Source of the DNA: a virus
Taxonomy: Duplodnaviria > Caudoviricetes
Virus record (IMG/VR): IMGVR_UViG_3300017747_004372
Span: 1-36,607 of that record
DNA length: 36,607 nt
Direction: 5' to 3' (one strand)
Shown here one piece after another: positions 1-6,539 of this stretch (its first letter is position 1; each line of letters opens with the position of its first letter). The notes under the pieces were generated by a model. That model was not told the DNA's origin, searched no databases, and saw only the letters and a list, made by a program, of their open reading frames with translations. A program made the position numbers and the translations under genes.

Positions 1-123
1 CTCTGCGAGGCGGGCGATCTCTTCCTCGCGGTCCACCACGACGGCGGCGAGTTTTGCTCCGGTCTCGCGTGCGCTCCGAAGCATGTAGTCCGCGCACGAG
101 GGGCAGGATGGATCCCCGTTGCA
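1..123. repeat. Terminal direct repeat, copy 1 (circular-assembly overlap)
   Basis: 1-123 is identical to 36485-36607 (ctctgcgagg...ccccgttgca). Confidence 0.97.
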
Positions 124-489
124 GACGTCGAGCTTGCCGCAGCCGCCGCAAATCACTTTCTGAGGAACGGGATTCTTCGCAGCCTTTTTCGGCTTCGCCT
201 CACTGGCCGGCGGCGGGGTGGGGCTCGGCTCCGTCACCACCTCGACCGGCGCAGGCTCGGCGCGGGGGGCGAGGGTGGCGGCGCGGTAGATGGAGCGGCC
301 ATCGGCCTTGACCTCGCGGGTGACGAGGCCGGCGTCCACCAGATCGGCGGCGCGGGTCTCGACCTGGGTGAGGGTGAGCTGCGGGCGGCGCCGGGAGCCC
401 CAGGCTTTCAGGGAGCCTTCACCCATGGCGGGCTGTCCCTGGAGGTCAGCGAGGAGGGCGCGAGCGGGGGCGCTGAGGGCGGCGGTCAC
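1..489 (-). CDS. 5' part of an origin-spanning ~277-aa protein: wHTH, Pro-rich linker, Cys cluster, coiled coil, second wHTH (continues at 36484..36140)
   Basis: The GTG at 489 overlaps the upstream TGA. The frame is open to base 1 (VTAALSAPARALLADL...DLVDAGLVTRE...ICGGCGKLDVCNGDPSCPSCADYMLRSARE...) and joins the 36140..36568 ORF in frame. Confidence 0.8.
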   Translation of the reverse strand, partial: MTAALSAPARALLADLQGQPAMGEGSLKAWGSRRRPQLTLTQVETRAADLVDAGLVTREVKADGRSIYRAATLAPRAEPAPVEVVTEPSPTPPPASEAKPKKAAKNPVPQKVICGGCGKLDVCNGDPSCPSCADYMLRSARETGAKLAAVVVDREEEIARLAE

Positions 490-548
490 AGCAGCCCCCG
501 GAGCCAGTCGAGGGCCCTGGCGATACGGGCGAGGTGAGGGTGGGTCAT
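486..548 (-). CDS. 20-aa amphipathic micro-peptide MTHPHLARIARALDWLRGLL
   Basis: TGATG overlap with the upstream gene, GTGA overlap with the downstream gene, GGAGG SD upstream. Confidence 0.5.
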   Translation of the reverse strand: MTHPHLARIARALDWLRGLL

Positions 549-721
549 CACGGGGCCTCCATTGGGGGCGGGGTCAGGTCGGTGTCATGCTCGGCGGTGC
601 GCCACTCGTGGAGGAGGGCGGCGCTGCGGCGGGGCGGGATCACCCACTCCCCGGACTCGTCGGGGGGCGGGCTGGGGGCGGTGTCCCTGCTGGGCGGCGG
701 GGGCGGGATGCAGGGGATCAC
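548..721 (-). CDS. 57-aa Pro-rich hypothetical protein
   Basis: GTG start overlapping the upstream TGA, with AGGAG SD. It fills the coupled operon exactly. Confidence 0.5.
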   Translation of the reverse strand: MIPCIPPPPPSRDTAPSPPPDESGEWVIPPRRSAALLHEWRTAEHDTDLTPPPMEAP

Positions 722-954
722 GGCAGGCTCCTAGCGGCGCGCAGGGCGGCGCCGAGGCGACGGGCCCGGGTGGCGCGGTTGGGTGTGACCGGGACGCCGG
801 CGAGCTCCAGGGCGTCGGCCAGCTCGGCTTCCTCGTCGGCGCGGTCCCACGGCACCAGGCCCGGATCGCAGTCAACGGGGCGGCCGGTGGCGCGTGCCAG
901 GGCGGCGAGGTCATCGAGGCTGGTCGCGGCGTGGGCGGCGAGGGCGCGGGTCAC
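718..954 (-). CDS. Hypothetical protein (78 aa)
   Basis: 3' part of ORF 718..1296. GTG at 954 in a GTGA overlap, GGAGG SD, GC3-rich codons. Confidence 0.65.
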   Translation of the reverse strand: MTRALAAHAATSLDDLAALARATGRPVDCDPGLVPWDRADEEAELADALELAGVPVTPNRATRARRLGAALRAARSLP

Positions 955-1265
955 GACATCGCCTCCCGGGCGAGGGCCTGGCCCAGCGGCGTCAGGCTGT
1001 ACCTGGTGGGCGAGGAGCCCCACATCTCCAGGAGGCCATGGTTCGCCAGGGTGCGTGCGTGGCGCCCGTAGCCCACCGGCAGCCATGACCGGCGCCGCAG
1101 GTGGACCAGCAGGAGCTTTGCCGCGTGCGTCAACTCGGGGACCAGCGAGCAGGGGCAGGTCTGGACGAAGCTGCGGCGGCACCGGTCGCACCGGCGCAGG
1201 GGGATCCCCGGGGCCTCGTCGGCGCGGTCCGCGTGGGGGCTGGTGAGGGCGTAGGCGTCGGTCAC
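951..1265 (-). CDS. Hypothetical protein with a CxxC...CxC zinc motif and a wHTH-like C-terminus
   Basis: Motifs RCDRCRRSFVQTCPC and TLANHGLLE...YSLTPLG. Coupled overlaps at both ends. Confidence 0.7.
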   Translation of the reverse strand: MTDAYALTSPHADRADEAPGIPLRRCDRCRRSFVQTCPCSLVPELTHAAKLLLVHLRRRSWLPVGYGRHARTLANHGLLEMWGSSPTRYSLTPLGQALAREAMS

Positions 1266-1543
1266 GACATCCTCCCAAGCTCGTCAAGGAGCGCATTCAG
1301 GGCGCGTGCCTCGGCGTCGCCGACGAGGTCGCGGTGCTCTCGGAGCAGCTCCGCGGCGATGAGCCGGATCGCTCCGTCTGCGTCGTGGTCGGGAAGCCCG
1401 GTGATCGTGACCCGGTAGCTCGTCCCGGCGCCGTCCACGATGACGATGCGGAAGTGCGGCTCACCGAAGGCCGGCGCGACGGCGCGCAGATAGACCTCTC
1501 GATCCGGGAGGGCCCTGGCGAGGGCTTGCAGGGCGGCGCTCAC
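1262..1543 (-). CDS. Hypothetical protein (93 aa)
   Basis: 3' part of ORF 1262..2215 from the GTG at 1543 (GTGA overlap): VSAALQALARALPDREVYL... Confidence 0.7.
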   Translation of the reverse strand: MSAALQALARALPDREVYLRAVAPAFGEPHFRIVIVDGAGTSYRVTITGLPDHDADGAIRLIAAELLREHRDLVGDAEARALNALLDELGRMS

Positions 1544-1968
1544 GCTGCCACCGCCGGGGCGTCGAGACCGTACAGGGCAAGCTCCGCGCGCTCCCGGGCG
1601 AGGGGGAGCGGGTCCGCCGCGAGGATCTGCTGGCACCGGCGCCGCACCGCGGGGGCGACACCGCCGACGAGCTGGCCGCGACGGGCGAGCATCACCAGCT
1701 TGACGAGCGCGTCTGCCTCGTCGGCGTGGCGGAGGTCGAGGGCGTGGCGCTCCTCGCGGAGGGCGACGGGGAGCGCAGCGGCGCTGGTCCCGTGGAGGTC
1801 GAGCAGGAACGCCGCGTGGAGGGCGCTGGCCTTGACCGCGGGGGGAAGGCTGGCGTCCGCGGGGGTGCCGGTGAGGGCACGGGCGGCGCGGATGGGGGCG
1901 CCGTCGTAGATGCGATCTTCGTCGTCGCGGAGGGTACGAAGGATGGTGCTGGGGAGGATCGTGGGCAT
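1540..1968 (-). CDS. Hypothetical helical protein (142 aa)
   Basis: ATG at 1968 preceded by GAGGAG SD: MPTILPSTILRTLRDDED... Confidence 0.75.
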   Translation of the reverse strand: MPTILPSTILRTLRDDEDRIYDGAPIRAARALTGTPADASLPPAVKASALHAAFLLDLHGTSAAALPVALREERHALDLRHADEADALVKLVMLARRGQLVGGVAPAVRRRCQQILAADPLPLARERAELALYGLDAPAVAA

Positions 1969-1988
1969 GGGTCGTGGTCTCCTCGGGC

Positions 1989-2168
1989 TCAGGAGGGCTG
2001 CTGCTCGGGGGTGAGGTTGAGGCGAGCGATGACGCGGGCGGCGCGCTCGGCGGCGAACGGTCGGACGGTCTGCCCCGCAAGCACCTTTCGGACGGTGCGG
2101 GGGTCCACGCCGGACTTGGCGCACTCGATGAGGAAGATGCTGCGGGGGACGCTGTTGACGGTGGGCAT
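1989..2168 (-). CDS. Small HTH DNA-binding protein (59 aa; absent from the ORF track)
   Basis: ATG at 2168 with GGAG SD. MPTVNSVPRSIFLIECAKSGVDPRTVRKVLAGQTVRPFAAERAARVIARLNLTPEQQPS; AKSGVDPRTVRKVL is HTH-like. Confidence 0.7.
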   Translation of the reverse strand: MPTVNSVPRSIFLIECAKSGVDPRTVRKVLAGQTVRPFAAERAARVIARLNLTPEQQPS

Positions 2169-2248
2169 GGTGGTCTCCGTGGTGGGTGGGCTCGTGGGCC
2201 CCGTCCCGCAGCCATCCGAAGAGGACCGCGGACCGTGGCCGGCGAGCG

Positions 2249-2647
2249 TCAGGCGACCCGGCGCACCGGCAGGCGCTCGTCACGCAGGGCCCGGGTGCGG
2301 CAGCGGAGCTCCACCGCGAGGTCATCGAGGGCGGCGGTGTCCTGCACGGTGGCCTGACGCCAGTCGGCGCTATCCCAGTCCTCACAGCCGTATTCCATCC
2401 GCAGGTCGCAGATGACGCGGTCGGCGGCGTCCAGCAGGGCCCAGGGGAGGCTCCCGCCATCGAGGGCGATGCCGGCTGCGGCCAGCAGGGTCGCGGCGCT
2501 GAGGAACGGGTTGGCGACCCCCAGGAGGCTGGCGGCGGCGTGGGCCTCGCGGAGGTCCGCGTCGAGGCTGGCGGCGGCCTCCAGGTCGTCAGACGGACGG
2601 GCGAAGGCGAGGAGCGAGGGGAGGTGGGCTGCGGGGCGGGTCGTCAT
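2249..2647 (-). CDS. First gene of the leftward early operon, hypothetical (132 aa)
   Basis: The ORF starts 6 nt after the -10 box of the leftward promoter; GC3-rich. Confidence 0.75.
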   Translation of the reverse strand: MTTRPAAHLPSLLAFARPSDDLEAAASLDADLREAHAAASLLGVANPFLSAATLLAAAGIALDGGSLPWALLDAADRVICDLRMEYGCEDWDSADWRQATVQDTAALDDLAVELRCRTRALRDERLPVRRVA

Positions 2648-2653
2648 GCCCTA

Positions 2654-2682
2654 ACAATGACTAACATCCTGTTAGCCGTCAA
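2654..2682 (-). promoter_or_regulatory. Leftward early promoter (PL-like) with an operator in the spacer
   Basis: Minus strand: TTGACG, 17 bp, CATTGT, 6 nt, ATG. The spacer holds the palindrome CTAACATCCTGTTAG (2661-2675). Confidence 0.75.
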
Positions 2683-2707
2683 GAGGGTATGCGACAAAAA
2701 GTTAGCC

Positions 2708-2736
2708 TTGCCTCGTTTTGTGGCAGTGCCTAGGCT
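2708..2736 (+). promoter_or_regulatory. Sigma70-type promoter for the membrane protein gene
   Basis: TTGCCT, 17 bp, TAGGCT, 6 nt, ATG(2743); no SD. Confidence 0.65.
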
Positions 2737-2742
2737 CGCCCG

Positions 2743-3009
2743 ATGGCGGAGCTTGTGGGTATGTTCGTTGGGGGCTGGCTCTGGATGGCGTTCGGACGCA
2801 CCGCGGCGCACTACGCCCCCTGGGATAAGGTGACGGTGGCCGGCGCCGTGGCCATCGGGATGGTCCTGGCGCTACTAGGGCTGGCGGCGCACTACGGTGT
2901 CCCCGGCGACCGGCTCGCCGTCTACCTCGTGGGCCACTGCGCCAGCGTGGGCTTCTGGCTCTGGCGGTTCGCCGTCAGCCTGCGGCGCGCATCGACTCCA
3001 GCGAGCTGA
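2743..3009 (+). CDS. Small membrane protein (about 3 TM segments), candidate superinfection-exclusion or lysogenic-conversion gene
   Basis: 88 aa with three hydrophobic stretches. It has its own promoter and converges on the repressor gene. Confidence 0.65.
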   Translation: MAELVGMFVGGWLWMAFGRTAAHYAPWDKVTVAGAVAIGMVLALLGLAAHYGVPGDRLAVYLVGHCASVGFWLWRFAVSLRRASTPAS

Positions 3010-3475
3010 CGCGCAGGGCGAGGGCTTCGAGGAGGGCGTCCTTCGTGACCGGGTAGCCTCCGCGGCGCAGGTGCGCGGCGCCGTCCAGCAGAGCGCGGGC
3101 GAGGGCCTCCGCTTGCTCCGGGTGGCTCAGGGTGAGTCCGGTGCGGAGCAGCTCCTGGACGGCGAGGGCGTCTCCGAGCTTGTGTCGCTTTGCGTCAAAG
3201 GCGGCTTCGAGGGCCCCGTCCAGGCGCGCGGGCTCCCGCGGGGCCCGGTCGGAGGCGGGGGGCTCCGGGTCGCGGTGGGTGTCGTCCGCCAGGAGCCACC
3301 CCTCGGCCACGCCCAGCACGGGGGCGAGGCTTGCGGCTGCGGCCTTCCCCATCGACCCCCGGCGCAGAATCGTCGAGAGGTACCCCCTATCGAGGCCCGC
3401 GGCTTTCTCGATCGCGTACTTCGTGAGTCCGGTTTTGCGGATCGCCTCTTCCAGCCGATGACGGAGGTCGGACAT
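2975..3475 (-). CDS. CI-like phage repressor (XRE HTH)
   Basis: N-terminus LRHRLEEAIRKTGLTKYAIEKAAGLDRGYLSTILRRG...LAPVLGVAEGWLL; divergent from a cro-like gene. No S24 peptidase motif recognised. Confidence 0.8.
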   Translation of the reverse strand: MSDLRHRLEEAIRKTGLTKYAIEKAAGLDRGYLSTILRRGSMGKAAAASLAPVLGVAEGWLLADDTHRDPEPPASDRAPREPARLDGALEAAFDAKRHKLGDALAVQELLRTGLTLSHPEQAEALARALLDGAAHLRRGGYPVTKDALLEALALRVSSLESMRAAG

Positions 3476-3488
3476 AACAAACCGTTAG
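3474..3488. promoter_or_regulatory. Operator-like site overlapping the repressor start
   Basis: ATAACAAACCGTTAG matches CTAACA-N3-TGTTAG at 10 of 12 positions. Confidence 0.65.
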
Positions 3489-3541
3489 CAACCTTTCCGG
3501 GTGCCGGTAGAGGACGGGAACGCCTGGTTTTGCTAGACACC

Positions 3542-3570
3542 TTGACCGCTGGCAGAATGTTAGCTATTGA
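3542..3570 (+). promoter_or_regulatory. Rightward early promoter (PR-like) with an operator in the spacer
   Basis: TTGACC, 17 bp, TATTGA. The spacer holds CTGGCAGAATGTTAG (3549-3563), and a CTAACA half-site follows at 3571. Confidence 0.7.
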
Positions 3571-3578
3571 CTAACATC

Positions 3579-3839
3579 ATGGCGCAGAGTCGAGGAGGTC
3601 AGCGGTTTGCGACGGCGGTGAAGCGACAGGGCGGGTACCGCCGCACGGCCACCCTGCTGGGCTGCTCCATCGTGACGATCCACTACTGGATCTCCGGCAA
3701 GCGGCGCCCCTCCGCGGACAACCTCCGGCTCTTGGAGCGGCACCTCTCGATCCCGGTCGAGGCCTGGTTCCAGCCGGCGCGTGCCCCCCGAGTCGCTCGT
3801 GTCCGCGCGGAGACCCCCGCCGCCTCCGAGGCCGCGTGA
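3579..3839 (+). CDS. Cro-like XRE HTH regulator
   Basis: GYRRTATLLGCSIVTIHYWISGKRRPSADNLRLLERHLSIPVEAW; first gene after PR. ATG 3579 is preferred over TTG 3567, which lies inside the -10 box. Confidence 0.85.
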   Translation: MAQSRGGQRFATAVKRQGGYRRTATLLGCSIVTIHYWISGKRRPSADNLRLLERHLSIPVEAWFQPARAPRVARVRAETPAASEAA

Positions 3840-4066
3840 TGGACCCCCTCGACCAGCGCATCGCGGGCGCGGCACCGGCGCCCCTCTCGGCCACGGATCG
3901 GGACCGCATCGCCGGGACCCGGAACATCCTCGCCCTTGAGGCCCGTGACGCCAACGAGCGCGCGGGCTCCTCGATGGGCGGGCCTGGTGACCTTGCCTTG
4001 GCGCTCCGGTGCATCGAGGCAGCGCGGACCCTGGACGAGCTGCTCGCGCGTCGGGGTGCCCGGTGA
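3839..4066 (+). CDS. Hypothetical protein
   Basis: TGATG-coupled to cro; GC3-rich. Confidence 0.65.
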   Translation: MDPLDQRIAGAAPAPLSATDRDRIAGTRNILALEARDANERAGSSMGGPGDLALALRCIEAARTLDELLARRGAR

Positions 4067-4365
4067 GCGCCCGGGTCTACGCCTGGCCCCGGGGGATCGC
4101 GGCAACGTCCGTGTCCCGAGGCTCGGCGCAGTGGCGCGACCACGACGATGAGGTGCTGAAGCGCGCTCGCGAGCGCCTCGCTGCCTCGCTGGAGGCGGTG
4201 GCCTACCACCGCGACGAACTGCGCGCGGCCCAGGCCAACGCGGAGACCCATCGCCAGCACCTCGCCTGGCTCGAATCGAAGATTTCCCCTCGCCCGGAGC
4301 CTCGCGCCAACGAGACTCCGGGCTCTCCAACCCACACTGAAGGAGACCCCGATGAATCAGCATAA
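4063..4365 (+). CDS. Hypothetical coiled-coil protein
   Basis: GTG at 4063 (GTGA overlap): VSARVYAWPRG... Confidence 0.65.
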   Translation: MSARVYAWPRGIAATSVSRGSAQWRDHDDEVLKRARERLAASLEAVAYHRDELRAAQANAETHRQHLAWLESKISPRPEPRANETPGSPTHTEGDPDESA

Positions 4366-4873
4366 CACACCTATCGTCCCTGTCCCCGTCCCTGTCCTGG
4401 AGGCCGTCGAGGTTTCTCTCCAGGATCCCCGCGGTCGCCTCGCTGCCCTCGCGGCCCTCGCCCTGGACCGCTGCCCCGCGGAGCTGGTGGCGCGTCGCAC
4501 GGGTCGCAGCCAGGCCACCGTCTACGGCTGGCGCCACGAGGCCACCGTGGGCGGGCTCCGGGTGCTCGACCTGGTGCTGGCGCCCCGCCCCTTCGGGGTC
4601 ATGGTGGCGCGCGGGCTCGTGGCGTCGATGGGCGCCCCGCCCTCGGATGGCCCCAGCCGCTCGAGCCTGGCGGCGGCCCTGGCGCGCATCGCCGGGCTGC
4701 TCCTGGCGACCGAGCGCGAAGACCCGTCGAGCCTGTCGGACGAGCAGCTCCGGGAGCGCCTCGGGGCGCTGGACGATGCCGCCGCGCAGATCGCAGAGCA
4801 GCGGGCGCGCTTCGAGGGCGAGGCCGTGCGCCGTCGCGTCGAGGCTGCGCGGGCGAAGGGCGGTGCTCGGTGA
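4352..4873 (+). CDS. HTH protein, possibly a CII-like regulator
   Basis: AAGGAG SD; HTH AELVARRTGRSQATVYGW plus a C-terminal coiled coil; located downstream of cro. Confidence 0.6.
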   Translation: MNQHNTPIVPVPVPVLEAVEVSLQDPRGRLAALAALALDRCPAELVARRTGRSQATVYGWRHEATVGGLRVLDLVLAPRPFGVMVARGLVASMGAPPSDGPSRSSLAAALARIAGLLLATEREDPSSLSDEQLRERLGALDDAAAQIAEQRARFEGEAVRRRVEAARAKGGAR

Positions 4874-5358
4874 AGCGCCTCCTCCTCGTCTTCGGCGCCC
4901 AGGAGCTGGGCCGCGACCCCCTCTCCCTCGCCTGGGTGGACTGCCGCCTCCAGACGGAGCTCCTCGCCCTTCGCCGTCGCGGGGGCGTGCTGATCTCCGC
5001 CGGCTCCCCAGGCCCCGAGGTGCTGGCGGAGATGATCGCCGTCACCCTGGGCGTGTCCGTGGTGGCGTACCTCCCCTCGGGGGAGCGCCGCGTCGACGGG
5101 CACGTCCGGACCCGGTGGACGGAGCGCACCCTCTCCGCCGGCGGCGCCGCGGTCGCTCGTCGGGACCAGGCCCTGATGGAGCGCGCCGTCGAGGTCCGCG
5201 ATGGGGGCGGCGCCGTCGAGGTGCTCTCCTTCCTGGTCGCGGGGGCGTCGAGCCGTAGCAGCTCGCTCACCCGAACCCGGCTGGCGGAGGCCGCGGGGAT
5301 CCCGGTGCGGGTGTGGACGTGGGGCGCCGAGGTCGAGAGGGCGGTGGCGGCGGAATGA
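4870..5358 (+). CDS. Divergent SLOG-superfamily (DUF2493/YspA-like) protein
   Basis: The pattern LLVFG...VLISAGSPGPEVLA...GVSVVAY...RRDQALM...VLSF...LTRTRLAEAAGIPV parallels the SLOG motifs as I recall them. Confidence 0.55.
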   Translation: MKRLLLVFGAQELGRDPLSLAWVDCRLQTELLALRRRGGVLISAGSPGPEVLAEMIAVTLGVSVVAYLPSGERRVDGHVRTRWTERTLSAGGAAVARRDQALMERAVEVRDGGGAVEVLSFLVAGASSRSSSLTRTRLAEAAGIPVRVWTWGAEVERAVAAE

Positions 5359-5804
5359 GCACCCCAACGTTCGCCGAAACGCTGGCGGAGACGTGCGTCT
5401 CGGAGCACCTCGACGAGAAAGGCGGCGGATACGTCCACCTCCGAAACCGGGACGGCGTCTCTGTCATATCCGCAGGGCTCCGGGCGGTCCATTGTCCCGA
5501 GGCGAAGGCGCTGAGGTTCGTCCGCGATGCCCTCGCCGGGCTCATCGGGGCCGGCATCGAGGAGGGGCGGCGCCAGGCTGGCACCCCAGCCCCCGAGGCC
5601 CTTGCGTCGGCTCACGAGGCGGGGATCGCCGTCGGCTGGACGCGCGCCCTCGCGGTGGCGATCCGGGAGGTCGAGGCGCAGCAGGAGGGCGTGGATCTGC
5701 TGAGGCGGTCGCTGGCCCGGGGACAGGATGACCTGCGGGTAGCCGAAGCCGTGCGCAACGCCATCTCCGAGGCGATGCCGAGGACGGGGGGCTACGATGA
5801 GTAA
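5355..5804 (+). CDS. Hypothetical protein
   Basis: ATG at 5355 in an ATGA overlap: MSTPTFAETL... Confidence 0.7.
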   Translation: MSTPTFAETLAETCVSEHLDEKGGGYVHLRNRDGVSVISAGLRAVHCPEAKALRFVRDALAGLIGAGIEEGRRQAGTPAPEALASAHEAGIAVGWTRALAVAIREVEAQQEGVDLLRRSLARGQDDLRVAEAVRNAISEAMPRTGGYDE

Positions 5805-5949
5805 GGCCGTTTTCGTCGTGATCTTCCGACGCCGACGCCTCGGCGCCTTCGAGCGGATCCGGGACGCCGTCGCGGTGCTCTCGGAGGCCAGGACCGCGGC
5901 AGGGCTGCCCCACGAGGGTCACCTGAAGGTGGAGAGGTCGTCGCCATGA
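5797..5949 (+). CDS. Hypothetical 50-aa protein (absent from the ORF track)
   Basis: 8-nt ATGAGTAA overlap upstream and ATGA overlap downstream: MSKAVFVVIFRRRRLGAFERIRDAVAVLSEAR... Confidence 0.6.
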   Translation: MSKAVFVVIFRRRRLGAFERIRDAVAVLSEARTAAGLPHEGHLKVERSSP

Positions 5950-6539
5950 AGGCCGCCAGCCTCGATGACCTCCGGGACGCGATGCGTGGCGCCGTCGATG
6001 ACGCCATTGCCGCCCGGCTGACGGAGCACGTCCTCGAAACCGCGGCGGCTGACGCGGCGCTCCGGGATGCCCTGGCCCCCATCTGCCTCGCCGCCCACGA
6101 GCGCAAGATCCTCGCCACCATGGCCCTGGGCGAGGCCACCCCGGCGGACCTCGACGGGCTCACCGTGGGGGCGTTTGCCTCGCGGGTCCGCGGCGATATC
6201 TTCGCCAGGCTCCGCAGCGGCGCCGACCTCCTCAGCCTCCGCGCTGCCTTCCCCGGCGTCCAGGGGGCAGCCCTCGCTCGCGAGGTCGCCGCCATCGAGG
6301 AGAGCCCCGTCGTGGTGGGCCCCCCGCTGCGGCGTCTCGTCTTGGAGGTGATCGCCGCGGACGCCTTCAGCATGTTCGTTGCGGACCTGAGGACGCTCTA
6401 CCAGCTCACCAAGGTCGAGGCCGCGAGCCACGATGAGCGGCGCCACGTCGGGGCCCTCGATGGCGCCTCGCTGCGAGCTCGCCTCCGGGGCCTGTCCTGC
6501 GCCCTGGCCCCTGCCCTTCGCGCTCTGGAGGATGCGTGA
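5946..6539 (+). CDS. Replication-associated protein with a DnaB N-terminal-like domain
   Basis: AHERKILATMAL...LDGLTVGAFASRVRGDIFARL resembles the DnaB-N pattern; immediately upstream of the VapE gene. Confidence 0.45.
   Translation: MKAASLDDLRDAMRGAVDDAIAARLTEHVLETAAADAALRDALAPICLAAHERKILATMALGEATPADLDGLTVGAFASRVRGDIFARLRSGADLLSLRAAFPGVQGAALAREVAAIEESPVVVGPPLRRLVLEVIAADAFSMFVADLRTLYQLTKVEAASHDERRHVGALDGASLRARLRGLSCALAPALRALEDA

Noticed and set aside
1-123. Terminal repeat as a biological T7-like DTR or packaging end
   Set aside because: It falls mid-gene and its length fits an assembler overlap; nothing marks it as a physical terminus.
290-2833. Long plus-strand ORFs over the early region, and long antisense ORFs elsewhere (e.g. 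13490..15535 -, 26513..27844 -, 32319..33602 +)
   Set aside because: These are shadow frames caused by stop-codon scarcity at high GC. They are Arg/Pro/Gly-rich, lack motifs, and lie opposite or out of frame to a tightly coupled gene chain.
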